Positions 21,006 to 34,100 are shown, counted from the stretch's first letter. The stretch is 62,507 bases of DNA from Pachysolen tannophilus NRRL Y-2460 (GCA_001661245.1 KV454014.1:1383989-1446495); one strand, 5' to 3'. Notes: generated from the sequence alone by a model not told the origin. Numbers and translations: made by a program.

Positions 21006-23582
21006 CTATTCAATAATAACAGGTTTACTCTCGCTGTGTTCATCTATGGGACTAGAAGTATCATGTAAATCTACGCCTTTATTACCAGTAGTAGTGACAT
21101 TACCATTTCCATTATTATGCGATCTGGCCTTAACCGGAGTTAGCAAAACACCGTCAATGGATACCTTCCTTTGATGCGGGGACGACATAGGATGAGTTGA
21201 GATAACATCATCATGGTTTGATTTCAAAGGTTTATACTTTAGGTTTGAATTATTCATTTTGGTTTCTTCAACTTCTTCTGGGTCATCCTCTTCTCTTGAA
21301 TCCGAATTTTCAGGTAATAATTCAGAGCTGCTAGTTCTTAATGTGGAAGTACTACTGCTACTTGATGCTCTTTTCTTAGCACTATCAACAGCATTTTGCA
21401 ATCTACTTTGAACAGTTGAATTTCTTGATAATCCGCTATAATTTTTCTTAGATAAAGGTAAACTTGAAATAGAAGTTGGTGAAGATTTCTGTAATGAATT
21501 TTTAACGTTACCTCTTTGACGAGACTGTTTTTTTAATTCATCAAATATTTGAACCTTATGCTCTAATAAATCTTTTACTAATTTTGATGTGAAAAGTCCT
21601 GCACTGCTGCTACTACTGTTATTAGTACTTGATCTCAATATTAATGTTGAAAATTCATTAGAGATATTGCTGACAAATTTATTAATCATCTCCTTCTGAT
21701 TATCTTCCTTACTATCTTGACCTACTGTACTAATCATTCTTGTAAAATGAGTTAAAATTGAATCCAAAGTAGCAATATTGCAAGTTGGTAAGTTGCTTAA
21801 AAAATTTATGAGACCAGTAATTCTTTTTTCAGTATTTGCCTCATCAGATCCAACAAATTGCAGATATAAAGATTTAATCAAATCAAAATATTCATTTGGT
21901 ATTAATGAGTCAGGTAATTCCAATAAATATAGTTTTAAAACTGATGCGATAATGGAGGGCGACCCGTATGTATTGTAAATTTCTTGCATTGTTTTAATTG
22001 AATATCTGGATTCATCATTATCTAACAATAAATTATTCAATTTATTTCTAAGATCATGAGTTAATTGTAGCTTCACTGGGATAATCCAACAATTTAACCT
22101 AACCTCATCATTTTCTAAAATAGGATAAATAGAATCCATATACATCAAGGTAGAACTAACAACAAGTGGGACCAATTTTTTATCAAACCTACACCTCAAG
22201 CTTAAATCTACACCAAACATTTGCTTTAAACTTGATTGATAGAAATTATCATACAAAGTGACTTTTGGTTGATAATAACCCGTTCTATAATTTTCCAATA
22301 GAAATAATAAATCTTTTATAGGTTGAATACTTTCTTCATAAATCATCAATTTGTCAATAATGGATTTCAAGGAAGTGATCTTGTTTGAAATTGATGCCAA
22401 GAAATCTAGTGTTACCTTTTTCAATGCTTTTAATCTATCTAATTCACATTTTTCCATAAATGAATAATGGTCAATCATCAATTGTTCCAATTTACAACGT
22501 AAATCATCTAATTTCAAAGCAGCATTTAAATATTCTTTATCTAAAGTTTTAACCTCCTGAATTAATCTTTTAAGACCTGGAATGTCGTTAATATCGACTT
22601 TTGTAGTGACATTACTCATTATATCATCAAAGTAGTTTGTTAACTGAGCAGTACCTTTAATATTATTAACAACTGATGAATCTTCCAATTCAATCCCTGC
22701 AAGTTCAAAACTATAAGGTTTCCATTGATAATACATTTGAGAACTATTAAGGAAATTTCTTTGTCCAACTGATCCAACAACTCTTAAAAATCCATTTTCT
22801 ATTAAACCTTGACCAATATTTTCCAAATTTTCTATTGAATTATTTGTTAAACCTAAATTATGTTGTAACCACATAACTATATTTGAACCAGTTGAACAAT
22901 TTTGATAAGTTCCCAAGATTGGTACTTTATATGAAGTTTTTGGAATTTCTTGTAACATTTTTTTCAAGATATCTTTTAAATTATTATAATCATATTCAAA
23001 ATCACCCAATTTAATATTTAAAGATTCATGTTCTCTTAATTTTTCTTCTTCCACAATTTTATCTTCTTGATCAATATAAGTATAAAAATCTTTTTCATTT
23101 GGAAATTGAGATTTTATATCTTCTAATAATCTACACCTATTAAAATATTTTTTTTGAATTTTTTCTAAAAATCCCTTATGCTTATTATAATTTTTTAAAT
23201 TAGTTTTTAAAGTCTTTTCACTATATTGTACTCTTTGTTTATGTTCCATTGACCATTTTGAAAAAGGATCTAAAACCATCAATTTTATATTTTGAGCAAC
23301 TTGAATATGATATTCACCTTCTCCACCCATCTCATTACATAAACCAAGAAAACATGATTTTAAAGACGCTCCATCATCTTTATTAAACCCTGATGGATTC
23401 GGCTGATGTTGTAATGGAATCTGACTTAATCCCTTACCATATTGTAATTCACATTCCATCCTCGTTGTAAATAATGAAACAAATTCATCATTCTCAACAC
23501 ATCCTTGATACAATTTACCAAATAAAATATCAATCCCAGAAAGATAATCATTAGTCCAAAAACTATCAGCAAATGATGGCAT
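21006..23582 (-). CDS. RGD2: F-BAR/DEP/RhoGAP protein Rgd2
   Basis: N-terminal SFADSFWTNDY..G...LF.KL (FCH domain), a DEP region, and the RhoGAP motif ASVLKLYLLELPDSLIP. Confidence 0.9.
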   Translation of the reverse strand: MPSFADSFWTNDYLSGIDILFGKLYQGCVENDEFVSLFTTRMECELQYGKGLSQIPLQHQPNPSGFNKDDGASLKSCFLGLCNEMGGEGEYHIQVAQNIKLMVLDPFSKWSMEHKQRVQYSEKTLKTNLKNYNKHKGFLEKIQKKYFNRCRLLEDIKSQFPNEKDFYTYIDQEDKIVEEEKLREHESLNIKLGDFEYDYNNLKDILKKMLQEIPKTSYKVPILGTYQNCSTGSNIVMWLQHNLGLTNNSIENLENIGQGLIENGFLRVVGSVGQRNFLNSSQMYYQWKPYSFELAGIELEDSSVVNNIKGTAQLTNYFDDIMSNVTTKVDINDIPGLKRLIQEVKTLDKEYLNAALKLDDLRCKLEQLMIDHYSFMEKCELDRLKALKKVTLDFLASISNKITSLKSIIDKLMIYEESIQPIKDLLFLLENYRTGYYQPKVTLYDNFYQSSLKQMFGVDLSLRCRFDKKLVPLVVSSTLMYMDSIYPILENDEVRLNCWIIPVKLQLTHDLRNKLNNLLLDNDESRYSIKTMQEIYNTYGSPSIIASVLKLYLLELPDSLIPNEYFDLIKSLYLQFVGSDEANTEKRITGLINFLSNLPTCNIATLDSILTHFTRMISTVGQDSKEDNQKEMINKFVSNISNEFSTLILRSSTNNSSSSSAGLFTSKLVKDLLEHKVQIFDELKKQSRQRGNVKNSLQKSSPTSISSLPLSKKNYSGLSRNSTVQSRLQNAVDSAKKRASSSSSTSTLRTSSSELLPENSDSREEDDPEEVEETKMNNSNLKYKPLKSNHDDVISTHPMSSPHQRKVSIDGVLLTPVKARSHNNGNGNVTTTGNKGVDLHDTSSPIDEHSESKPVIIE

Positions 23583-24386
23583 CGTTAATTCTAAATTTTT
23601 GTATGTATCTATCCCCGTTTTGCTTTTTCTTTATTTTTATGTTTATATTTATATTTTTTTAACTAACCGCGCTTAAACTTCAAAACTCCAATTTTTTCCT
23701 TTTCTTCAGAGAAACAAAAAGCCAATTTTTGCAAGTTAACAACTCAGCTATTAATACGAAAAGCAAAAAAGAAAAACAAAAGGAAAAGAAAAAAAAAAAT
23801 TAAAAACAAAAAAACGAAAAAAAAAAAAAAAAATTTAATTGATCCAAAGTCTTAGATATCAAAATTTAAAAGATAGTCCACCATTAATTAAATTAAATAT
23901 ATTATAATAATAATAATATTATTATTATTATATATCATATAACTTTTGTAACAGCGTTTAAAAAATCTAAATAAACCAGCAAAAAGTGATTAGTTAAGAA
24001 AAATAAAAAAAAAAGATTTATAAAATATTAGTTGATAACGCACGACCTTATGTATTGCTGCAACTATTATGCTGCAACTATATGCAGGATACATGTTTTA
24101 ACAGTAGTATTTAAATCAGAAAGATGTAACGAAGTTGAGTTTTGTTTGAAACAATTTTTTTTTTATTGGGGGAGAGAATAAGTTAAAAAGTCCAAAAAAT
24201 AACTAGAACTAGATATATAGTAAAACACAAATAGTCTCTTGAATAATACAAAAGGGAAAATAAAAATAAAAAAAAAAAAAGGGAAATCGGTAAAGGTCAA
24301 AAAAAAAAAGTAGAAAAAAAAAAGAGACACCCAAAAAGATAAGAGATAGAAAAAAAAAAAAATTAAGCAACAAAAAAAATCCGAGT

Positions 24387-26407
24387 TTATACAGTTAAAG
24401 ACATTAAAGAACCAACAAATGTTAAGATCAATCTTGATCTGACTTCGTTAATATCTTCAGGTACTAACCAAATCAAAGCACCTAATTTTCTTGCAATTGA
24501 GATGGCCAACCTTGCGTTTGCGTATTTTTCCTCATCAGTGTTACCAGGAGTGACCAAATCGTAATCGACATAGCCAGGTTTTATTCCGTGTAATAGGTCC
24601 AATAGCCATATACCGTTGGATAAGGAAGGATCACCAAAGGATCTGATTGTAGATTTCTTGCCACCTTTGGCAACTTGTTGAATACCCCATTGTAAAATAT
24701 CTGAATCTGTTAATTCTTTACCATTATGTGATAAAGATTTTAAAGTTAAAGTAATATTTCTTCTCATCAATTGCCAAACAAGTCCCAATGTTAAAATTTT
24801 GGAACCATCAACAATATCTGAACCTTCAATTCCTACTAATGAAAATCTATTAGCTTTACCAATTTCAACACAATAATTTGTATTTTCTAAAGCTTTAAAT
24901 CTTGATACTTCGGATCCATTTGAAGGCCTCTTATTAACATGTTTCCAATTAACAGAACCAGGCATAACTTTATCAAAGGCTTCCAGTAAAATTGTACCAT
25001 CTTTAAGATCTTCAAAAAGTGAAACAACAGGTGTGCTTACATCTAATGAATTTAACCACAATGTAAATACACGAGCTTCTCTTTCACCAGTAGCATCAAA
25101 TGCTTCTATTTCTGTTTTCTCCGATTCTTCAATTGGTTCTAATCCAGGATAAGTATTAAATAAATGAGCAACAAAGGCCAAATTTAATTTTGGATCACCA
25201 TTTACTAAAGCAGTTGGTGTTAAATATTTTCTACATTCAATCTTATCAGCATTTTCCAAAATTTGTTCAGCTCTTGTTAATAAATCTTTTGTTTGTAATG
25301 GATCTCTTGAACAATATTCAGGTTTTAATTGATTCAACAAAATTGTATAATTTTCACCATCTGAAACATCTTTAGAAAAATTACTAATTCTTCTGTTCCA
25401 ATTGGCTAATTTCAAATGATAGTTAAACCATCTAATTAAAATTTGTTCAGGTGGTAATCTCAAAAATTGTTCCAAAGTTTCATCTTCTTCCAATAAACGA
25501 TATAATTCTGGGTGTAATTTAATATCAATTTTACTTAATAAACCTCTTCTAATGATTTGCCAAATCAAACCCAATATAAGATGTTCCTTACCTTCAATTA
25601 TATCTTCAGCGTGAACGTTGACAACAATACAACCAATGGCTTTAGCAGAGTTAATAACAATATTTGCATTTTCAGTCATTGTAAAATTATTCAATTTCTT
25701 ACCCTTCTTAGGGAAATTTAAAACTCTAGTATCAATGGTATCGGGGGCTGAATCGTTGATCAATTTTGCCAATACAAGACCATCAGTACATTCATCAAAC
25801 ATTTGGAAATTATCAAGCGGAAATGGTAATCTATCACCTATATCTGGATCACCTGCTAAAGCAGTATTAATGTGTCTGGTGAATTCAACTCTTGCATCAT
25901 CATTAATTGTATGAGTAGTATCCGAGGTTCTACCACTAAGAATAGTTTTCGCATTAACTCCGGTGCCTTTGTGCTGGAAAGTATGAGGAGCATGTTCAGG
26001 TTCCACCTTCAATTCCCTCAACTTTGCAACTAGCTCAACAAAATCATCTAATTCAACATGTCCTGAAGCATCGAGGTCGACTTGTTTCAAAGTATTTCTT
26101 ACTTCATCATACGTTCCTTTACCAGACCCAGAAACATTTTCAATGACCACTTGTTTATCGGCCCAACCCTTATCATCCGCGTCAATGTGTCTAAATTCAT
26201 CAATGGCAGAGTAAAGGTCTTCTTGAGTCAATACAGGAAATTTTTTCTATAAAATTCTTCCATTAGTAACTGTTATCTTCAACAAATTCACAACTAGAAA
26301 AAAAAATAAAGCAAATTATTAAAAAACATATAAAATTCAATTTTGTTTTCGAAGAATTACAAAAAAAAAAAAAAAAAACAACATACCTGTAATTTAACAA
26401 TATTCAT
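24387..26407 (-). CDS. SAC6: Fimbrin; two exons, 26407-26387 and 26246-24387
   Basis: Spliced N-terminus MNIVKLQ|KKFPVLTQEDL; EF-hand region plus four CH domains (HLILGLIWQIIRRGLL, GEREARVFTLWLNSL, AISIARKLGALIWLVPEDI). Confidence 0.97.
26247..26386 (-). other. Spliceosomal intron of SAC6 (140 nt)
   Basis: GTATGT donor after codon 7, TACTAAT branch near 26263-26269, TAG acceptor; same position as the S. cerevisiae SAC6 intron. Confidence 0.92.
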
Positions 26408-26614
26408 AGCTAATTTGTCTTATCTCTACTATAAAATTGGCTATTTGATTATTATCTTATATAAAGGAATATTATTTTTAATTGTTAAATGAATATGGTT
26501 TCAATTGTATGACAAAAATAGAGAGGTACAGCCAATAAATGATGATGCCAGCCATCTCTTTTCCGAACAGGTAGTGTTCGTTCAGTCACAAATTCCAAAT
26601 TCGGGAATATTTTT

Positions 26615-26668
26615 ACACCACCCACACCACCCACACCATCTACACCGTACACACCATCTACACCACAA
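26615..26668 (+). repeat. Interstitial telomere-like array of six degenerate 9-mers
   Basis: ACACCACCC, ACACCACCC, ACACCATCT, ACACCGTAC, ACACCATCT, ACACCACAA; the telomeric C-strand unit is ACACCACTC. Confidence 0.8.
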
Positions 26669-26790
26669 ATACAAATTTTAATATATATAATTTTAACACA
26701 TATATAAATACCAGCTACATGCATGTATAAAAAACATATACCGTAGAATAAAAAAATCTGTAACAACAAGACTATGAACTATCACTTATG

Positions 26791-29466
26791 CTAGCTACTT
26801 GAGTCATTATCATCATGCACATCTGATTTTTCACCATCTTTAACGTAATAGGGATTTTTGAAATTGTCGAATTTTTTCTTCAAGTATTGATACAGTTCTC
26901 CATCGTTCACATTATGACATAATTTCAAATGATTGATTAATTTTTCTTCTCTATTGAAAGTCTTCGTACATTTGTGACATTTGAAAAACCTCTCATGAAT
27001 CTTGTAGTGTTTTGTTAAGTTGGATGATTCGTTAAATTTTTTGGAACAATTAGGATATTTACAAGCTAAGGGCTTTTTACCAGTATGAATTCTCGAATGA
27101 ATAGACAACGATGAAGAAGTTTTAAACCACTTGCCACAAATTGAACATCGGTAAGGTTTTTCACCGGTGTGGATTCTGATATGCTGTTCCAACATCAAAT
27201 CAATTGAAAATCTTTTACCACATATTATACATTCATAAGGTTTATGCTTTGTGTGAACATGCAAATGACGAATTATCTTTTGTCGTTGATTGAAAAGTTT
27301 GTGGTTTCTTGAACAATTCTCCCAGTTGCAAACATAACTAGATTTTCCACCTCCAATATGGTCATCAATTATATGATCAGTTAGTTCGTCCGTGGTGGAA
27401 AAAGTTCTATTACAAATAATACTTCCGTTTTTAGTCAGAAGTTCCCATTTACATCTATGGTCTGGATCTGTATCAGAATTTTCTTCTTTTCCAGAAATTT
27501 TATTAGTATTTGTTTCGATACTGATTGGAGTAGTCATCAAATCCTCAGTTTTAATCTTCTCTTCAAAAATGGCATTATTGTAATTATCATTCATCGATGG
27601 TCCTTGATTTCCCATATTGGAATCCACACCAAATCCATGAATAGTTGGAATATGACTTAAAAATTTTAAAATATCATCTGATTCAAAATTACAACCCATC
27701 CACTCGCAGTGATAATTCAGCTGACTTGGCAATGAAGAAGTATCAGCTCCTGAAGACAGAGTTCTATTATTTTTAAAGTTATCTGAATCTTTATTTTCTT
27801 TAATAGGAGGCTGGTAAGATTGTGCTGTTTGATTTGATTGCAAAATATGATCTTTCAAAATGTGGGACTGCAATTGTTCGTTAGTGTTATATTTCAAAAT
27901 ATTCGAAGGACAATTTTCCCAAAGACAATGAATATGATCAGATTCTAAATTTTTCTTATTATTTACAAATGCAGTTTCATTGGAAGTGTATTTAGTGTTG
28001 GCATTATCGGTTAACTTAATTTTATCATTGTGATTTTTCAAATGCGATCTCAACATTGGAACTTGCAAAGGCAAGTCATTAAAGTTAACCCAATTATAAT
28101 TGAACTCTTCTATGGTGCTATTGCTTGAATTCGATAATTTTTTTGCTCTTTTAACGATATCTTTAAAGCCTAAATTATTTTCCCCAATATAGTTCTGTTT
28201 CCGTTTCTCACTGTGTGGTCGACCAGAGCAAAAATTTATACCAGTATTAAAAGAAGGTGTTGTTTTAGTCCTCAAGTCACTTAATTTCGACTGAGTCGAA
28301 TTGTCAATGCTTAAATTCCCATAATTTTTTCTTAGGACGTCATCAAATGAATTGGGAATATAATTTTGAATAGCACCATTGGAAACTGAACCATTTGAAT
28401 GAGATTTTGCAATGTCAGTATTATTGCAATTTTTATTATACATTGTTTTAGAATTAGTAGGATCTGTAATCGGCGAAACCATCAAAGGCAATGCAATTTC
28501 AGAATTCAAACTAATGCTTTTATTGGCAATATGACCATGAAATTCGTTCGAGTTTGTTCCATCACTGCAACAATTTGCAGCAAACCGTATATTATGCTTA
28601 TGGTGATCGTTCTTGTTCCCATTGCTAATGGCACATGAATGATCAATAAAATTATTTGTTAATCCAGCTGGATGATTATCGAAATTACAATATTCAAAAC
28701 AGCAGTCATTCTTCCCTGTGTCACCAGTTTTGTTTCCATGATTAATATTTTTCTGCTTTAAATGGTTAGGGTCAAAGCAGCATTCGATGTCATCAATATC
28801 GTTAAATAATGATGACAAATCAGTATGCATGTGATGATAAGTGTTGGGACTATTAGCGGAAGCAGGGCTAATCGATGTTGATGGAGCTGGAGAATTAATT
28901 TGATTACTATGCTGGCAGTGATAATCACAGTGATCGGTGCAGTATTGATTAGGAGAGACGTAGCAACAGGAAGCATCTTTAGAAATACAATTTGAATCAT
29001 CACAACATTCATACTCTTCACAATCGTTACTGTCTGGACTTAAATTATTATGAACAGAAATATCGTTACAACTAGAATCAAAACAACGATCAACAGATTC
29101 ATTAAATGAACATTGATCAATAATCTGCTGAATTTGAGAATCTGTTAGGTCCAAAATAGGATTTCGATTTTGCTTGTTTCCAGGTTTAACATCATCTAAA
29201 TTAGGTGTTAAGGAAGAAATATTCTTGTTCCCATTATCAGTATTTCCATTCCCAGAAACAAGTAGCTGACCACCGACGTTCGTATTTCCCTGGTGTTTTG
29301 AAGAATCGGGAACCTGCTGAAATGAATTTAATGGATGATGGTGCTTATGAATATGTCCATGAATATGTTTATGATTATTATCATAAGTATGAATGTGGCC
29401 ATGAATGGTTCCGTGGGTCAAAAAATTACCATCCTGAATTTCTTGTGTATTGCTGTTATTATCCAT
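26791..29466 (-). CDS. ZAP1: Zinc-responsive transcription factor Zap1/Csr1
   Basis: N-terminal HGHIH repeats, Cys/His-rich region, tandem CxW..C fingers, and a C-terminal C2H2 array (FNQRQKIIRHLHVHT, HIRIHTGEKPYRC, FNESSNLTKH). Confidence 0.9.
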   Translation of the reverse strand: MDNNSNTQEIQDGNFLTHGTIHGHIHTYDNNHKHIHGHIHKHHHPLNSFQQVPDSSKHQGNTNVGGQLLVSGNGNTDNGNKNISSLTPNLDDVKPGNKQNRNPILDLTDSQIQQIIDQCSFNESVDRCFDSSCNDISVHNNLSPDSNDCEEYECCDDSNCISKDASCCYVSPNQYCTDHCDYHCQHSNQINSPAPSTSISPASANSPNTYHHMHTDLSSLFNDIDDIECCFDPNHLKQKNINHGNKTGDTGKNDCCFEYCNFDNHPAGLTNNFIDHSCAISNGNKNDHHKHNIRFAANCCSDGTNSNEFHGHIANKSISLNSEIALPLMVSPITDPTNSKTMYNKNCNNTDIAKSHSNGSVSNGAIQNYIPNSFDDVLRKNYGNLSIDNSTQSKLSDLRTKTTPSFNTGINFCSGRPHSEKRKQNYIGENNLGFKDIVKRAKKLSNSSNSTIEEFNYNWVNFNDLPLQVPMLRSHLKNHNDKIKLTDNANTKYTSNETAFVNNKKNLESDHIHCLWENCPSNILKYNTNEQLQSHILKDHILQSNQTAQSYQPPIKENKDSDNFKNNRTLSSGADTSSLPSQLNYHCEWMGCNFESDDILKFLSHIPTIHGFGVDSNMGNQGPSMNDNYNNAIFEEKIKTEDLMTTPISIETNTNKISGKEENSDTDPDHRCKWELLTKNGSIICNRTFSTTDELTDHIIDDHIGGGKSSYVCNWENCSRNHKLFNQRQKIIRHLHVHTKHKPYECIICGKRFSIDLMLEQHIRIHTGEKPYRCSICGKWFKTSSSLSIHSRIHTGKKPLACKYPNCSKKFNESSNLTKHYKIHERFFKCHKCTKTFNREEKLINHLKLCHNVNDGELYQYLKKKFDNFKNPYYVKDGEKSDVHDDNDSSS

Positions 29467-29936
29467 TTTTTCTTTACTTAATCCTTTTGTCGGACTCTTT
29501 TCAATACATAGACAAATAGATAAAATAAATAAAAGTCAAATAAATATGATTTTCAAAACAATATTGTTTAATCAACTTCAGGTCCTTCAGTCCTTCTTTA
29601 AGAAATCATTGAATAAAATAAACATGAAAAAAAAACAAAGTAAAAAAAAAAAGAAAAAAAAAAGAAATAATTCTTCAAAGAAAGCAGACGAACAAAAATA
29701 TTAGCAGATACTCCAGTCAAACATCACTCTGGAAATCTATATGGTAAGCTGAATCTGATTTTTTTTTTATAAAGGCATCACTAAAATGAACAACCGTTTT
29801 GAAAAAAAATTTAGTAACCCTGGTGGTTGTGCGGTTAACATCGAAGCACGTCATATTTTGCAAAGAAATATATTTGATATTCATCGCACTACTATATTTC
29901 ATTATGGGTGTAGGTTAAGAAAAGTACCAAACCAAT

Positions 29937-30862
29937 CTAATCTTCTACTATGTAACTTCTTAATTTTTCCATTAAATCGTCATCTATTGATGTGAAGGTA
30001 AAGTGTGTTAGTATTAAGTAATAGGTGAAATGCGGTAACAGATTGTAATTGACATACCGTTATTTTTAGAATTTGTTTGAGAATATTTGTAGCCCCTTAA
30101 TCTTTCCATCTCATGAGATTCTTGTTCTTGGATATGAAAGAATTTTATCAATTGTTCTTCATCAAAATCTTTTAAAAACTTTATATTATTGAGTTTTAAG
30201 TTTGATAAGAGTCTTGATGTAGATGAACAAGAAGAATCCAGGCTTGAAGAAGAAGATAACTCTGATTTAGCTGATTTATATTTCTTGGAAGAATCAATAT
30301 TTAAAGTATCCATTTTCAGGAGTTCTATTTTCGTTTGGTCCCTGCCCATTCCTGGAAATGCCACTATTACTTCATCATTATCATTGTCATCGTCATCTTC
30401 TTCATATTCTTTTAAAGTTTCCTCAGAATCTGAATTAAACAATAAATGTGTTGTTATTTCTGCTTGTTCTATAGCGTTTACTTTAGCAGTTCGAAGTGGT
30501 TGATCTGAAAAACATGAATAATCAAACTGATCGCCCTTTTTCAATAAAACATATTTAGCTGAAAAATTACTACTCGTTGTTGTATCAACAGATTCATTGT
30601 TATTGTTGGTATTACTATTCAAAGTGGATGACGATGGTGTATATACGCGCTGGCTTGATTTAATTGAAAAGGGACTTTTCAGAACATTAGAACTTTGTTG
30701 AAGAGTCTGTGGGGATGACTCAAAATGATTAGATGCTAAATCATTCACCACATCGTTATTACTTTTCTGAGATTGATTTCCATTGTTATTAGTTCTCATT
30801 TTCTTAGTTATTCCTAAAAATAATTGTCTTCTAACATCTTGACTCTTTGATCTCGATGACAT
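29937..30862 (-). CDS. Hypothetical Ser/Asn-rich protein; two exons, 30862-30058 and 29983-29937
   Basis: ATG at 30862 (track start is GTG). A canonical intron near the 3' end gives the C-terminus ...TNSKNNDDDLMEKLRSYIVED*. Confidence 0.7.
29984..30057 (-). other. 3'-proximal spliceosomal intron (74 nt)
   Basis: Perfect GTATGT (30057-30052), TACTAAC (30013-30007) and TAG (29986-29984). Confidence 0.8.
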
Positions 30863-31168
30863 ATTCAATAAAACCACTCAATAAAAAAGAAAAAAAAATA
30901 ATCTCTACTAATAAATAAAGATTAAACCCTAGTAACCTCAAGTCCACTAATATATCAATTTATGAAAAGCTTTCTTATTATCAATCTTTGGGTAATCTTT
31001 CTTTGATTTTCGTCTTTGTTTTTGTTTTCGTTTTCAAGTTTTTTTTTTCTCTTTTTTTTTTTTCGCAAAAACCTCTTTTTCTTTTACGCACATACATAAA
31101 CTACGGTTATCATAATCTTTGTTTTATCTTTACAAACATCGTTTCTCATGATTATTACTATTGTAATA

Positions 31169-34100
31169 CTATACAAAACTGGTCAGGCAGTGGCACCCGC
31201 ATCCAGTTGGACATTCAACTTCTTCTGAATCCTTCCACCACTTTGAGGCACAATCTGAGTGTAAAACATGCTCACAAGCTGTACAGACAAATATTCTCTT
31301 TTTAATAGATAGTCCGCAATAATTACAAACTTTATTTATACTAGCAGATGTGAAATCATTTTCATCTTTAATTTCTTCTCCAGTTTCTGATCTCCACCCA
31401 ATAATACCTTGGTGGTAATGAAATGGTGAGTTTTGAGGTGACTTATTTTCAAATTGAGGGAAATTGAATTTCAAAATATTGACTCTATTAACATGTAATC
31501 CCCATGAATATAACATTGAAGCATATTCATTTCTATATTTTTGTAATTTAATAGAATCTACTTCACTTAACAAATTAACTGAATAAATGTCGTTGAATAA
31601 GTCCAACTCTGCTTCATTACACATTTCAACTTTAACCACTAATGAACTATTTTGTAAATTATGTAAATTTTGTAAATTTTGTGAATTAATTAAATTTTGA
31701 GTAAAAGGTTTCCCAATATTGGTAGAAAACGATGTCAGTCTTGAAATTGATGCATGATTCCAATTTGGTGCCGAAAAAGTAGAAGGATACCTTTCATTGT
31801 TAAGTTGAGTATTTGGGCTTTCTACTTTCCCCATACTAGAAATAGGTTGACAAGTGAAATATGAATCATTTAAAAAATCGTCTCTTCTAATTTGAGGTGT
31901 TGTTACAATTTGTTTCTTAAAATAACTGTTAAATCTATCCGGTGAACCTGAATTAAAACTTCCTTGATCTAATGATGAAATTGAAGTAGAAACTGAGTTA
32001 CCTCTTCTATTAGAAATGTTAAAATTGTTATGACCATTATTAAAATTCTCAGTATTACCATTTTTGTAAGGATTTGAAGTTAAGTTGTTAGCAGTAAAAA
32101 TAGGATTCTGTTTTGGTTGAGGTCTAACATAAGGTACAGAAAGTGGAATTGTTTGATCAGTTTCAAAATGAGAATTTTCAAACAAAACACAACTTAACAT
32201 AGCAAGCATCTGGACATTACCAAGCCTTTCATAATATTCAAAAATTTTTTTAATCAACCATTTCGCCCCAAAAGGATGAGATCCCCAAAAAAATCTAAAA
32301 TTTTCAGGGAAAGTAAGATATTCGCTACCAATGCTCTCCAATAAGTCTGCTCTTAAAATCAGTTCTAAAGTTGAAGAATCAAATTTTCCTTCTCCAAAAA
32401 TTTTGTTTTTTGAAATATCTTTTACCAAGACACACTGTAATATCTTCCAGCAATTGGCAATATCGGTATAACCATACTTCTCAGCAACCAATGCATTATG
32501 TTTTGCCAACTCATCAGGAGTTTCACCTAAGACCTTATATTCAAAAGCGAGTTCCATTTTGGAAGGTATCAAATAACGGAAATCATATATCTCAACTATA
32601 TTTTTTGTTGAAGTGCTTTCACCTTTTATTGACCGTGTAGCTTGCGAAAGGTCGGTGGGTATGGACAACTTATTTCCTATTGCAGTATTACCGTATTGTC
32701 TCAACCCAACATTAGTTCTTAAAAACCCTGATATTCTAGGCATGTCTCCTTGCAAAATATCATCCCAATCTTCTGTAAATGAATCTTCATCACTTGAACT
32801 AGCTTCATCTTCTGATGACGATAAATTCAATTTTGAGTAATTTTTCGATTTTTTTTTGGAAGCTTCAAATTTTGTCTTTTTAGCTAAACTTCCAGTTAGA
32901 CCAAAACCTTCTTGATCAAACTTAATCAAATTTGATTTAGGTTTTTCAATTTTCGGTATGAAGAAACATATTAAATGACCACTTGGTGTCCATACAGCAC
33001 CACAACCTTTGGGCACAGGCGTGCTATCAAATGCAGGTTTGGATTGCAACTTTTTCTCTAAAGAACTATGATCATCTTTAGAAGGAATAATATTGTCTGT
33101 AGGTACCAATTCATCATCTGAATCATCAGAAGAAATAGGTGTTTGAGATGTTTCTTCAAATGAAGAATAGTCATTATTATTTTCATCATCATATGGTATA
33201 TTGAATGGGTCAATTGATAAATTTTCATTTTCAAAATTCTCAAAATTTAAATTTACTTTTTCACCCATTAAAGCTCTTAAACAGGGTTCAAGACAATATT
33301 TATCAGCATTTACATAAGCTTGAGCAATATCATTCAAAGCAGTTAAAATTTCCTGTTTCTTTTCTTGTTTTAATTCATGATTTTCTTCAATTTTGAAAAC
33401 TGGATATGTTTGTGACAATGGGTAGTCTCTAGGGAAATTAATCTCCAATCTTAAAAATAAAAGTTCATCCTGAGTAGCAGATAATGGAGAATTTAATGAT
33501 ATTACCAAATTACCTGTAGAAACTGAAATTTTTTCAAATCTAATCTTAGGAAATTTATGACCAACAACACTCACTTCTTCACCCAAATTAGCAGGTTGGG
33601 GACTTTCAAGAGCAAGACCAAATAAACTACTTTCATTCTCCACCGAAGGAGCAAAAGCAGATCGTCCAATCCTAACCCCTGAAATCCAATCTAAATGATT
33701 GATTTGATTATTATAACTGGAAGAAGTACCTTTCCTTGAAACAAAATCATCTTTGTAAGGACCCGAAGCAACTATTGCATTTTTTCTATCTTCTGTAACT
33801 TCAGGTTCTTTACGGTAAGTCTTGTATTGGAAATCAGTTAATTTTTCAGGTAATTGTTCATTTCTACTAAAATTCACTTTACCATAAAAATCGTCTTGTA
33901 TAGGCCATAATCTTAAATCACAATCTTTAGACCATGTAACTAATTGAAATTCTCTATCATCAATTGTTGATTCTTTTGAATGTCTTGATCTCCATAAAAA
34001 ATCTTTAATAGGTTCCATGTGCCCTTTAAAAATATGTACTGGTTTCAATTTAGATTCACCTGTTTGACCTTTATAATTAACAACATAAATTGAATTATTT

